From NCBI GenBank assembly GCA_048885525.1, contig JBHLLP010000015.1, forward strand, positions 1-64,000: a DNA stretch of 64,000 nucleotides. Direction: 5' to 3'. Origin of the DNA: Candidatus Hermodarchaeota archaeon. Its GTDB lineage: Archaea; Asgardarchaeota; Lokiarchaeia; Sigyniarchaeales; SOKP01. The translations under genes were made by a program, and so were the position numbers. The notes under the pieces were generated by a model, which saw only the letters and a list, made by a program, of their open reading frames with translations, was not told the DNA's origin and did no database searches. Positions 1 through 9,676 of this stretch are shown here, one piece after another (position 1 is the first letter of the stretch; each line of letters starts with the position of its first letter).

Positions 1-92
1 AAATTTTTTGAGTCTAAATAATTATATAATTCCTCTTTTGTGAAACTATCGTTTCCTAATTCTTTTATTAGAGAAGCTTTTTATTTTTTTAT

Positions 93-1256
93 TTAATCTT
101 GGGTTTTCATATCCTTTTTATATTTTTTTTTAAAAGTCTTGTAGTCTCCTTCTGCTCCATTTCCTCCCATAAAAGTTGGTAAGTAATATGCCACATCTAA
201 TTTCCTTGAGAAGATCAAATTCATAAACAATCCTTTTGGCTTCAAGCTTTTATAGAGAGATGTTGCAATATTAGGAGTTTCTCCAGCATTATCAATTATA
301 AGATTCTTTTCTGCGGCTTGAACTCTTTTATATAATGGAAACCATTTCTCATTATTAGATGGTTCTACTCCTACTCCTGGAACCCATTGAATCCCTGTAA
401 TTGAAGGTTCTTGTAATAAATCATCTAAATGTTGTATTTGTCCTGGTCCATCTAAATGATAAACAGCGTAATCCATACTTTCAGCTTGCGTAATGATATC
501 AGGTAATACAAATCTTCTAAAATATTTTGGAGAAAGCATAGCGCTAAAATCAGATTGAATAGGATACCATTTTTTTGGGCACCAAATTGGCATCCAACTA
601 TTACATCCATCCACATAACGTTCGATAATTGTTTGAAGTTTATTGTATACTTTTAATAATTTTTCAAGAATAATTGATCGACACGCATCGATAATATCAG
701 GACGTCGCTTCATTGTAAGAATTAGGTTTGTTGGACCCAGAAACGAAGATAAAATATCCATTACACCCCCAAGATCAGTTAATGCTATAGAGTACTCGTT
801 TCTTGATTTTTTAGCAAAAAACTCTGTTACTTTTAATAAACGAGTATACCAAGGATTGTCTTTATTTACTTTTACATTCTCTAAAAGTGCTATAATTTCT
901 TCTGAAGATGTATCTTTATGGAACCAAACTGTATTTGATTGAAACTTTGGTATTATTCCAAATACTGAAGCCATAATTCCTGGTCCATAATTTGGAAAAA
1001 AACGAGGGATAGCTTCCCCTTCAAAGGACAAACTCCTTAAAATTTTTTCAAATCTTAGAAAAAATTCTTCAAAATTATCCCAATTTTGAGCTAAATACCA
1101 TGGAATTCCAAAATATTCAGAAATGTTATTTATTTTAAGATTTTTTAAATCTAAAATTAGATAATATGCAATACAAGGTCTATCAATTATTTCGTGGTCC
1201 CACCATGCCTTTAAACGCTCTTTAGCTTCATTTATATCTTCTTTATAAATGCTAAT
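93..1256 (-). CDS. Uroporphyrinogen decarboxylase/MtaA-like (URO-D superfamily) protein; probable ATT start
   Basis: Motifs QSDFSAMLSP..F..FVLP, YHLDGPGQ, IQWVPG. The frame stays open 75 codons upstream of the called TTG (1031), giving ISIYKEDINEAKERLKAWWDHEIIDRPCI, up to ATT 1256, 6 nt after AGGTGA. Confidence 0.75.
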   Translation of the reverse strand: MSIYKEDINEAKERLKAWWDHEIIDRPCIAYYLILDLKNLKINNISEYFGIPWYLAQNWDNFEEFFLRFEKILRSLSFEGEAIPRFFPNYGPGIMASVFGIIPKFQSNTVWFHKDTSSEEIIALLENVKVNKDNPWYTRLLKVTEFFAKKSRNEYSIALTDLGGVMDILSSFLGPTNLILTMKRRPDIIDACRSIILEKLLKVYNKLQTIIERYVDGCNSWMPIWCPKKWYPIQSDFSAMLSPKYFRRFVLPDIITQAESMDYAVYHLDGPGQIQHLDDLLQEPSITGIQWVPGVGVEPSNNEKWFPLYKRVQAAEKNLIIDNAGETPNIATSLYKSLKPKGLFMNLIFSRKLDVAYYLPTFMGGNGAEGDYKTFKKKYKKDMKTQD

Positions 1257-1299
1257 TAATCCTCACCTATAATTTAAATAAATTGAATCTCTTAAATTT

Positions 1300-1455
1300 T
1301 CACTTTAAAATATCTAAGTTTTTCTCTTCTGAATTTTTAAAAGCTTGGAAGGATTGACCTTTTTGCTCCAAACCAAAATAATGAACAGGTACCATATCTG
1401 GCTCCCCATCAAGTTCAAGAGCTTTAAATACACGTTCTCTTTTTGATAAGATTAT
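1300..1455 (-). pseudogene. N-terminal remnant of a URO-D/methyltransferase-family gene
   Basis: Translates IILSKRERVFKALELDGEPDMVPVHYFG...ILK*, the typical RERV..AL...EPD.VP start of URO-D proteins, but stops after 51 codons. Preceded by GGGTG. Confidence 0.55.
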
Positions 1456-1670
1456 GGGTAACGCACCCTAATTTAAAGATAATATTATAAAATTAATACT
1501 CCTAATTCGGTGCAATCAAGAATAGAATAATAAATCTGAGATATTTTGATTTTCAGTATCAGTTTTTAACAGTATTGTTAATAACAACACAAGTAAAGAG
1601 TTACAATAAAATTAGAGAATATTTAATTAATTGAATCTTATAATAAACATCTAAAGGTGATAAAGGAATA

Positions 1671-2027
1671 GTGGTTGAATTCTGTCCTGAATGTGGAAAT
1701 ATGTTAAGGAAAAAATCTTGTAAGTGTGGATACCAAGAAGTTCAGACAAAGAATGCATCTAACGCATACATTATTGAGATTTGGGACCCTCCTAATCCTA
1801 AGATTATATATTGTAAATTAACGGCTACATCTCAAGATAAACTTAGAATAATGCTAAGCAAAGGAAATTATCCCGAAAAATTAAAGGAAATTACTAAAAA
1901 AGTAAAAAATCATCAATATACATGTTGTAATTGTGTCTACTACAATGAAGAGATGGTTCACTGTCAAATCAAAAATAAGTTTGTAAAAGAGGAGTCAATC
2001 TGTAAAAGGTTTGAACCCTTTGAGTAA
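1671..2027 (+). CDS. Small Cys-rich protein: N-terminal RpoM/TFS-like zinc ribbon plus C-terminal 4-Cys motif
   Basis: FCPECGNML..CKCGY at the N-terminus; CCNCVYY..HC..ICKRF at the C-terminus; upstream AAGGTGA. Confidence 0.7.
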   Translation: MVEFCPECGNMLRKKSCKCGYQEVQTKNASNAYIIEIWDPPNPKIIYCKLTATSQDKLRIMLSKGNYPEKLKEITKKVKNHQYTCCNCVYYNEEMVHCQIKNKFVKEESICKRFEPFE

Positions 2028-2097
2028 TGTACTGAAATTTGAAAATAATCTTTATATACTTGAAAATTCAAAATAAATTAATTTTATTTGCACAAAA

Positions 2098-2586
2098 TTG
2101 GTGGCAGCTATAATTCAAAACAAAAATACAAACCCTATTAACAGAGCACTTAAAGCAGAAAGTATTATTAAAGAGACTAAGGTTCTTACTATTGCTAGAC
2201 TCTCTAAAATGTTGATAGATTTGTTCAGCTCTGATAGAACATTTAAAAAAATTGGAAAAAGAGCAGGTAAAGAGATTGAATTGTATTTTAAAGAATTAGA
2301 TCAATATATCACTTTTATTTTAACCTCGGAAAAAAATAATTTTGAGTGTTATGTTGAAAGAGCTAAAAATCCTATCTCTAAAGTGATTATAACAGTTAAA
2401 GAAGACGATGTTCTTCAAGTATTTAGTAAAATCGTTAGATCAAAAAACAATATTTTTGGATTAATTGGTCTATTGAAATATATTATTCCTGGAAAGATAA
2501 AGATTAAAGGATCTTATTTTACTTCCCTAAAATGGGTGAGAACCTTAATGATAGGCAATCATAAAATATTTAAAAAGGATATATAA
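2098..2586 (+). CDS. SCP2 sterol/lipid-binding domain protein
   Basis: C-terminal GKIKIKGS motif of the SCP2 fold; acyl-CoA enzyme context. Confidence 0.55.
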   Translation: MVAAIIQNKNTNPINRALKAESIIKETKVLTIARLSKMLIDLFSSDRTFKKIGKRAGKEIELYFKELDQYITFILTSEKNNFECYVERAKNPISKVIITVKEDDVLQVFSKIVRSKNNIFGLIGLLKYIIPGKIKIKGSYFTSLKWVRTLMIGNHKIFKKDI

Positions 2587-2595
2587 GGTGTTTAC

Positions 2596-3747
2596 ATGAA
2601 TTTGCGAGATGATCCATTTTTACAGATTTCTAACTCAATAAATAACCCATATATAACAGAATGGCAAAAAAAAGATAAAAAAGTTATCGGTCACTATTGT
2701 ACATATATTCCAGAAGAATTATTATATGCTGCTGACTTATTACCTTTCAGAATTAGAGCAACCGGTCATGAAGATACTGATTTAGCAGATACATATATGG
2801 TAAGATTTACATGTTCCTTTGTTAGAGCAACTTTAGATATGGCATTGAAAGGAAAGTATGACTTTTTAGATGGATTACTTATATGTAATTCTTGTGATCA
2901 TTCTCGAAGAATGTTTGAATTATTTGATTTAAAAGTTTTTAGAAGGGAGGGATTTACAAAAAATATTCCAAGATTTTATATATCTATGCCCCATGTGATA
3001 ACAAATGAAGGTTATGAATGGTATAAAAACGAAATCGAAGAACTAAAAAAAAATCTTGAAGAAAATTTCATCAAAAGGTTAATATCTGATAGAGATCTGC
3101 GATTATCTATAGAAATACATAACCAAAATCGAGATCTCCTAAGAAAGATTCACGATTTAAGGATTCTTGATTCCCCCAAACTTAATGGAAGTGAAGCTTT
3201 ACAATTATCTATGGCAAACGCATCAGTTCCAAAAGAAATTGCTAATAATGAGTTGAAGAGAATATTTAATCTTCTACAAGAAAAAGAAGGAATTAAAACT
3301 ATTGCTAAACGAATAATGTTGATTGGAAGTGAAGTAGATAATACTAGTATTATTAAACTTATAGAAGGATCTGGTGCAATTTTAGTTTCTGATTTCTTGT
3401 GTTTTGGAACTCGCAATTTTTTAAATGATGTAAAAATAGAAGATGAGGACAGTCCTTTAGAAAGTATTGTGAAAAGGGTATATTATAGAATGTCATGTCC
3501 TAGAATGATGGATGATCATATCCGCAGATTAGAATTTTTGAAAAATGAGATTAATAGAGCCAAAATAGATGGTGTGATTTTACAAAGAATAAATAATTGT
3601 GATCTCTATGGATGTGAGAATATGATGTTACTTCATGAATTGAAGGAATTAAATATACCTATTCTTAATTTTGAGAGAGAATTTTATCAAGCAGATACTA
3701 CAAGGCTGCAAACAAGGATAGAAGCCTTTCTTGAGATGATTTCATAG
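2596..3747 (+). CDS. 2-hydroxyacyl-CoA dehydratase / benzoyl-CoA reductase family subunit (HgdB/BcrC-like)
   Basis: GHYCTYIPEEL.YAA, CSFVR, NSCD, C-terminal TRLQTRIEAFLEM. Confidence 0.9.
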   Translation: MNLRDDPFLQISNSINNPYITEWQKKDKKVIGHYCTYIPEELLYAADLLPFRIRATGHEDTDLADTYMVRFTCSFVRATLDMALKGKYDFLDGLLICNSCDHSRRMFELFDLKVFRREGFTKNIPRFYISMPHVITNEGYEWYKNEIEELKKNLEENFIKRLISDRDLRLSIEIHNQNRDLLRKIHDLRILDSPKLNGSEALQLSMANASVPKEIANNELKRIFNLLQEKEGIKTIAKRIMLIGSEVDNTSIIKLIEGSGAILVSDFLCFGTRNFLNDVKIEDEDSPLESIVKRVYYRMSCPRMMDDHIRRLEFLKNEINRAKIDGVILQRINNCDLYGCENMMLLHELKELNIPILNFEREFYQADTTRLQTRIEAFLEMIS

Positions 3748-3778
3748 AAAAATATTGAAATATAAAAAAGGTAAAAAA

Positions 3779-5068
3779 ATGAATAATAGTTTTGAATTAG
3801 AAAATAGAATTATCCCCGTTAGAATGTTGTATGAAGCTACATCAGTAACCGAAGAGTTGGTTACCGGAATCCTTCCAAAAAACGGAATACCCGCATTAAG
3901 AATTGGTCTTGAAAAATTAAAATTCGCTTTGAATAGGAATCTTGAAAAAGCAAGAAATGGGCTTCCAATTGTAGGATATCATTTTGCTATACCTGCTGAA
4001 TATTTGTTATGCTATGATTGTGTTCCTGTATGTCTTGAAGGAACCGGTTATTCTTTATCGACATTGTTATTACATGGTGTTGAAAAATATTATGATTTAA
4101 TAGGAAATTGGGGGCATCCTTTTCACACATGTAGTGCCCAAAAGGGGCCCATGGGAATGACCTTAGATGATCTCTTTCATTTTGATGCGATAATTATTCC
4201 AACAGCACCTTGTGATAATACATGTGCTTCTTATCCGTTTTTTAAATTAGAAAAAAAGATTCCTTTAATAATAGCAGATATGCCATTTCGAAAAGGTGAT
4301 AAGAGTTATCATTATTTTGCTAAACAGATTAAGAAAAGTTTGTTTCAACTTGGAAAAGAAATTGGTCAAAAACCAGATTTTGAAAAGATGAAAAAACATA
4401 TCGATATTGAAAATCAGGTGCAAAAAATTCGATTAGAAATATTTGAGTTAACAAAAACCATTCCTAGTCCAATATCAAATATATATAACGCAATTTCAGC
4501 TGGGGCATGTATACATATATCTGGAACCCAAGAAAATTTATCCTTTTATAAGGAGATGCTAAAAGTTGTAAAGTACCGATATAAAAACAAAAAACATCAT
4601 GGTGGGGAGGAAAAAATAAGATCTATTTGGCCTTATATGGTCACCTATTTTGATATGTCTCTATGTGAATGGTTAGATAGAGAATTAGGCATGAGTGTAC
4701 TCTTTGACATATTTAATTATAATTTTTCAGATCCGATTAATACTAAATCAGATCTGGATACTCTATTTTATGGCATGGCAAAAAAAGCAATGGAATGGCC
4801 AATGGTAAAGCAATCAACTGATTTTTATTATCCCTTTATTGAAGATTGTTTAAAAATGGCTAAAGAATTTAGTGCTGATTGTTTCATTTTTACCCAAAGT
4901 ATCGGTTGCAAGCAATTTGGGGCAATACCACAATTGTTAAAGGAAGCTCTTATGGATGAACTTGGAATTCCAATGCTTCTAATTGAATTTGATACTGGAG
5001 ATGCTAGGTTAACCTCAATAAAAACTATAAAAGAAAAAATTTCAATGTTCGCTGAAACTCTAATGTAA
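3779..5068 (+). CDS. 2-hydroxyacyl-CoA dehydratase family subunit (HgdA/BcrB-like)
   Basis: TCSAQKG, PCD, GCKQ, GIPMLLIEFD..D.R..F.E motifs; ATG 3779 follows AAGGT. Confidence 0.85.
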   Translation: MNNSFELENRIIPVRMLYEATSVTEELVTGILPKNGIPALRIGLEKLKFALNRNLEKARNGLPIVGYHFAIPAEYLLCYDCVPVCLEGTGYSLSTLLLHGVEKYYDLIGNWGHPFHTCSAQKGPMGMTLDDLFHFDAIIIPTAPCDNTCASYPFFKLEKKIPLIIADMPFRKGDKSYHYFAKQIKKSLFQLGKEIGQKPDFEKMKKHIDIENQVQKIRLEIFELTKTIPSPISNIYNAISAGACIHISGTQENLSFYKEMLKVVKYRYKNKKHHGGEEKIRSIWPYMVTYFDMSLCEWLDRELGMSVLFDIFNYNFSDPINTKSDLDTLFYGMAKKAMEWPMVKQSTDFYYPFIEDCLKMAKEFSADCFIFTQSIGCKQFGAIPQLLKEALMDELGIPMLLIEFDTGDARLTSIKTIKEKISMFAETLM

Positions 5069-5116
5069 AATTTATAAAGAAATTTTAAAACATTTGAAAT
5101 TAATTTCCAATATTTA

Positions 5117-6343
5117 TTAAATATCAACTTCTCTGATAATTAAAATATCTTCACCAGAAAGGTTTTTTCCACAATAAGGCGCCATTTTATTAAAGAATTC
5201 CATAGGATCAGGAAATGCTTCTTCAGGGGTTAATACTCCTCTTTTCTTAATTTTACCCTCTATCAACATAATAGTTGCAATTGCTAATGGAACACCAGTT
5301 AAACCTGCCATATAGCCATATGGATTATGACCTAATGCGACCGCAACCTTTTTTCTTTTTCCATTCTTTATACCAATTGCAATAACAGATAAATTTGGAG
5401 GTCCTCCAAGATATTCTCTTAAGGGTCCTCTCCCCATCAATGCTCTTTTGGTAAGTTCTCTTGCTTTTTTATCTAATGAAATAGCTGTTTCTTGAATTGT
5501 CATTTTATTGTCTTGGATGTTCCGACGGCATTCTCGTATGAATTCAGTAAAAGTTTCTCCAACATACATAATATTTGAGACAGATTTCGCTCTTATAATT
5601 CTTGGAAGCGTCACTGGTTCAGGATGTCCTATATGACAGGCATACATCTCTTTAAAACCCGGGAATGAAAATGGATTAGTCTCTGTAAGTGGTTCAATTT
5701 CTATCATTTTTCCATTTTTAAAAGTTGGAATTTTTTCAAGAGTTTCATATAAAAGATGTACATTAGCAGCATTAGCTACTTTAATTTTGGTTTCTAGATT
5801 TTCTTTTAATTCTTTTGGTTTGATATAATATTTAGGTTTTTCTCCTTGTTTAATGCTAATCCATTCGCCCCAAGCAGTTATTAAATCGTCAATCTCATCT
5901 AGTTTTGAACAAGCATAAATAGCCATAAGATTTGTAATACCCGGACTCGCTCCTATTCCTATAACTGCTGCAATTCCTGCAGTTTTTGCTTTATCATCTA
6001 ATTCAAGAGCTTCTATTGTTGGTTTCCAGTCATCACAAATATCAAGATAAGGCTTTTTTGCCTCGAGAATAGCTTTTAATATTGTCAACTCAAATTTATA
6101 AAATGGACCAATTGTATTAATTACGACATCATGATGAGAGATTAAATCTAACAGTTGATCTTTTTGATTAATATCAATTTGCACTGCGAATAATTTAGGT
6201 GAATTTACCATTTTAACAAAAGTGGTAGCCAAATCAATGTTGATATCTGCAATTGTTATTGAGGACACACTTGGGAATTCTAGAAGAATAGCAACCGCCA
6301 TTCTACCCATATCACCCGCACAACCTAATCCTAAAATTCTCAA
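5117..6343 (-). CDS. Saccharopine dehydrogenase-family NAD(P)-dependent oxidoreductase
   Basis: LGCAGDMG Rossmann motif, NTIGPFY, YLDICDD, GIGASPGITN, HPEPVTLP. Confidence 0.9.
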   Translation of the reverse strand: MRILGLGCAGDMGRMAVAILLEFPSVSSITIADINIDLATTFVKMVNSPKLFAVQIDINQKDQLLDLISHHDVVINTIGPFYKFELTILKAILEAKKPYLDICDDWKPTIEALELDDKAKTAGIAAVIGIGASPGITNLMAIYACSKLDEIDDLITAWGEWISIKQGEKPKYYIKPKELKENLETKIKVANAANVHLLYETLEKIPTFKNGKMIEIEPLTETNPFSFPGFKEMYACHIGHPEPVTLPRIIRAKSVSNIMYVGETFTEFIRECRRNIQDNKMTIQETAISLDKKARELTKRALMGRGPLREYLGGPPNLSVIAIGIKNGKRKKVAVALGHNPYGYMAGLTGVPLAIATIMLIEGKIKKRGVLTPEEAFPDPMEFFNKMAPYCGKNLSGEDILIIREVDI

Positions 6344-6464
6344 GTTTTTACCACCCTTGAATTGTCTATTTCTTATTACATATTAAAGTGCTAAAAAAAT
6401 CAATTTTAATCTGCCAATTAACATTTATAATAAAGAAATAGAAAAAAATTTTCTTAATTATATT

Positions 6465-7643
6465 TTAATCTAAAACTTCAATATCCAGTTGATCAATAAT
6501 TTCCATTAAATCAAGAACCTCCAACTCAAAATTGTAATTATCATTAGCATCACTTAAATTGGTTCTGCAAAATGGACATGTTGAAGATATTACTGTTGCA
6601 CCAGTCTCTTTAGCTTCTTCTAATCTTTCTTTAGAAACTTCTACTGCCCAATCAGGATACCCAATTTTAACACCTCCACCTGCACCACAACACCATGCAA
6701 AATTTCTATTTCTTTTCATTTCTACAAGCTTAAGACCTGGGATTTTTTTGTATATATCTCTTGGAATTTCATAAATTCCCATATGACGCCCAAGGTGACA
6801 AGGATCATGGTAAGTAACTGTTTTACTATACTCCGATTTGAATTTTAATTTATTATCATCAATTAATTGTTTTAACAATTCTATGGTATGTAATACTTTA
6901 AAGTCATATTCTTCTCCAAATCTCTCGAAATCATTCTTTAAAGTTTTATAACAACCAGCACAAGAAGTTATTACATTTTTAGCACCTATATTCTTTATTT
7001 GTGTGATATTATAATTCATATAATCTTTACAAAGAATTATTTGACCAGTTCTTATCATCGGACTTGTACAACAATGCTCATCGATTAATGTAAAACTAAT
7101 ACCGACTTTTTTTAAAAACCTTATAGTTGAATCTCTTAGGTTTTGTTGACGATAATTTGATGTACATCCTATATAATATACCCACTCAGCTTTATCTGGT
7201 AATTCATATTTTTGTTTTAAATCTTGATTATCTGAATTAGGTTCTCCATAAGGATTGCAGCTCTCTTCGCATCGTGAAACAAGAGATTCTTGATTTTTTG
7301 CTGGTCCTATATGTCTTACTGCTAATTCTCTCAGTGCTTCAATCATATTAACGATATTATCTGCATGAGGGGCTTGACATGCATCGATACAAGCACCACA
7401 CGTAGGGCATGCAAATATTGGATCTTTAAGATCTTCATTCCATTCTAATTCTCCAAGCAATAATCCTCTAATAGTTCTTATTCGCCCAGAAGCCCAATAT
7501 GATTCAAATAAAAATTTTTCTCCTGATGGGCATGAACGATCAAAATCCTTATATGAATATTTACATGTTGAACATTTGATACAATAATCAAAAGCCATCT
7601 CCAAGAATTCTTTACCGATTAAACTTTTATCAATTTCAACCAT
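6465..7643 (-). CDS. Fe-S oxidoreductase with 2x[4Fe-4S] and CCG domains (GlpC/HdrD/GlcF-like)
   Basis: CIKCSTC..CP, CPTCGAC..AC, HCC, TSCAGC, YHDPCHLGR, CCGAGGG, CPFC. Confidence 0.92.
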   Translation of the reverse strand: MVEIDKSLIGKEFLEMAFDYCIKCSTCKYSYKDFDRSCPSGEKFLFESYWASGRIRTIRGLLLGELEWNEDLKDPIFACPTCGACIDACQAPHADNIVNMIEALRELAVRHIGPAKNQESLVSRCEESCNPYGEPNSDNQDLKQKYELPDKAEWVYYIGCTSNYRQQNLRDSTIRFLKKVGISFTLIDEHCCTSPMIRTGQIILCKDYMNYNITQIKNIGAKNVITSCAGCYKTLKNDFERFGEEYDFKVLHTIELLKQLIDDNKLKFKSEYSKTVTYHDPCHLGRHMGIYEIPRDIYKKIPGLKLVEMKRNRNFAWCCGAGGGVKIGYPDWAVEVSKERLEEAKETGATVISSTCPFCRTNLSDANDNYNFELEVLDLMEIIDQLDIEVLD

Positions 7644-9122
7644 TTATGTGTTCCACCTTCCTGGATTAAATATATTGTTTGGATCCATACAATTCTTTAT
7701 TTTATCGAATAATTTTAACCAACCTGGATTTATTTTCTTACGCATTTTAGCAGTCATCCAAGTAGGAGTTTTATACGGGATACATCCCATATCCAAACAA
7801 AAATCAGTCATTTCTTCTAATATTTGATGTACTTTCTCTTCTTCTTTAAATTTATCGTAGGGAATTATTGGACGAAAAATACCATAGTGAGCGTATTTCA
7901 TAATTTTCCCATAAATAATAGGACTATGGTAATCATATTTTTGAAAAATCTCATCAATCCTTTCTATTAATACTTCAAATTTATGAGTTGGACAATAACT
8001 TCCAAACCAAGTAATTCCAGATTTTGATACGGTTGCCAAGAGAACTGCTGGTAAATCGTATGCAACTCGAATTTTTAAACTTAATAACTTAGAAAAGTCA
8101 TCAAAATCAGTTAAAACAATTTTTTTTCCTTTTTTATTTAAACTATCAATAATTTCGAATAAATATTTCTTTTTAGCATTAAAAAGATCTTCTGTTTTTG
8201 TAGATATTGACATAATAACAACAAAATTAGGTTCTTCAGGAAACTTTTTTGGATTTTCAATACCTAGATTTAATTTAACAGATTGAATATTAAAAAATGA
8301 CATATCATCAACAACTTCAGATCTTCCTACGTCTCTAAGAAGATCTGCAATATCAGTTAATCCAAATACGATTGCTACATAAGCTTTTTGAAATTGATCA
8401 TTTGGCCATAATTGAACAGCACACTTTGTTACTAATCCTGTCATTCCTTGCCAATTCACAAATAATCCCAACAAGTCAGGCATTGGATAACGAGACCACC
8501 ATGAATCTGGATCTGAATCCCCCTTACCATAAAAACAAGATCCTATTCTTACAATATCTCCTTCTGCTGTAATAATTTCTAAACCATTTATAGAATCTCC
8601 CATTGAACCAATTTTACAGGATAAATTATTCATTCCACTTAAAATAGCATTCCCTACTACCCCAGCATAAGGAGGAGCATAAGGATAACTATATCTTAAG
8701 TTAGGATAATTCTCATCCAAATATTTTTTTAATTGACCGAAAGTCACGCCAGGCTCAAGTAGAACATACATCATGTTTTCATTAACATGTAAAATCCTAT
8801 TCATTTTTTTTCCAAAATCTACTATAATTCCTCCCTGTTCTGGAATAGTTAAACCTCCTACGTTATTACCACTTATATACGGTACAATAGGAATTAGATT
8901 TGTATTACAAAACTTAACTAACTTAATTAATTGATCCCTATTTTCTGGAACAACTATAAAATCAGGCATATGTGGTTCACACTCTGTCATATCATAAGAA
9001 TAGGGATACAAATCTACTTCTTTATCAGAAACGCTTTCTTCTCCAAAAATTTCTACCAATTTCTTATGAACATCATTCTTATTAACTTTTTCAAAAATAT
9101 TTCTTTCCTTTATGACTGTCAT
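7644..9122 (-). CDS. FAD-binding oxidoreductase (VAO/PCMH, GlcD-like)
   Basis: P..IVVP, GIIVDFGKKMNRI, EPGVTFGQL, QGMTGLVTK, terminal DPNNIFNPG. Confidence 0.9.
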   Translation of the reverse strand: MTVIKERNIFEKVNKNDVHKKLVEIFGEESVSDKEVDLYPYSYDMTECEPHMPDFIVVPENRDQLIKLVKFCNTNLIPIVPYISGNNVGGLTIPEQGGIIVDFGKKMNRILHVNENMMYVLLEPGVTFGQLKKYLDENYPNLRYSYPYAPPYAGVVGNAILSGMNNLSCKIGSMGDSINGLEIITAEGDIVRIGSCFYGKGDSDPDSWWSRYPMPDLLGLFVNWQGMTGLVTKCAVQLWPNDQFQKAYVAIVFGLTDIADLLRDVGRSEVVDDMSFFNIQSVKLNLGIENPKKFPEEPNFVVIMSISTKTEDLFNAKKKYLFEIIDSLNKKGKKIVLTDFDDFSKLLSLKIRVAYDLPAVLLATVSKSGITWFGSYCPTHKFEVLIERIDEIFQKYDYHSPIIYGKIMKYAHYGIFRPIIPYDKFKEEEKVHQILEEMTDFCLDMGCIPYKTPTWMTAKMRKKINPGWLKLFDKIKNCMDPNNIFNPGRWNT

Positions 9123-9137
9123 ATATATTATCTCTCT

Positions 9138-9560
9138 TTATTTTGTTTTTTTATTAAGTTCAAAATAATTAACATTAGGTTCATTAGCTACTTTCTGCAT
9201 AGAAGCTAAAAAAATATTATAAAATTTTACCAAATTTCCGCTATCATTACCTAAACCTTCTAATTCCATAATTCCTTTTTGTACTGCAAGGAGTGGATCT
9301 TCTCTTCCATATGCAATGTCTAACATCGCTTGTAATCCAAGCCTCAGTTTAATATCTGCTTCCTTATCTTCTCCAACTTGAAATTGAATATTATCACCTT
9401 TAAAAATGATGGTAACAGAATAAAAAGGTTTTATTTCAAGTACAATTTTTTTATTCCAATCATGTACGTAAGTATAAAACTCTTTATCATCAATTCTAGA
9501 AGACAAAATATTAGATATTGCTAATGAAATAATATCTTCGGGTTCTTGGATTGAAATCAT
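9138..9560 (-). CDS. SCP2 sterol/lipid-binding domain protein
   Basis: ADIKL....MLDIAYGREDPLLAVQKGIMELEG matches the SCP2 fold signature. Confidence 0.7.
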   Translation of the reverse strand: MISIQEPEDIISLAISNILSSRIDDKEFYTYVHDWNKKIVLEIKPFYSVTIIFKGDNIQFQVGEDKEADIKLRLGLQAMLDIAYGREDPLLAVQKGIMELEGLGNDSGNLVKFYNIFLASMQKVANEPNVNYFELNKKTK

Positions 9561-9676
9561 AACATAACTCCCTAATAAATTGAATTTAATATAAGAGTAA
9601 ATTTTACTTAAGATTATAAATATTTAATTATTTTGAAATTAAAATCATTGTTATCTTGTAGATTTTTCTGTAAAAT

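Noticed and set aside
1566-1581. TTAACA-GTAT-TGTTAA inverted repeat in a divergent promoter region
   Set aside because: Only 6-bp AT-rich arms and no second copy found; compatible with chance.
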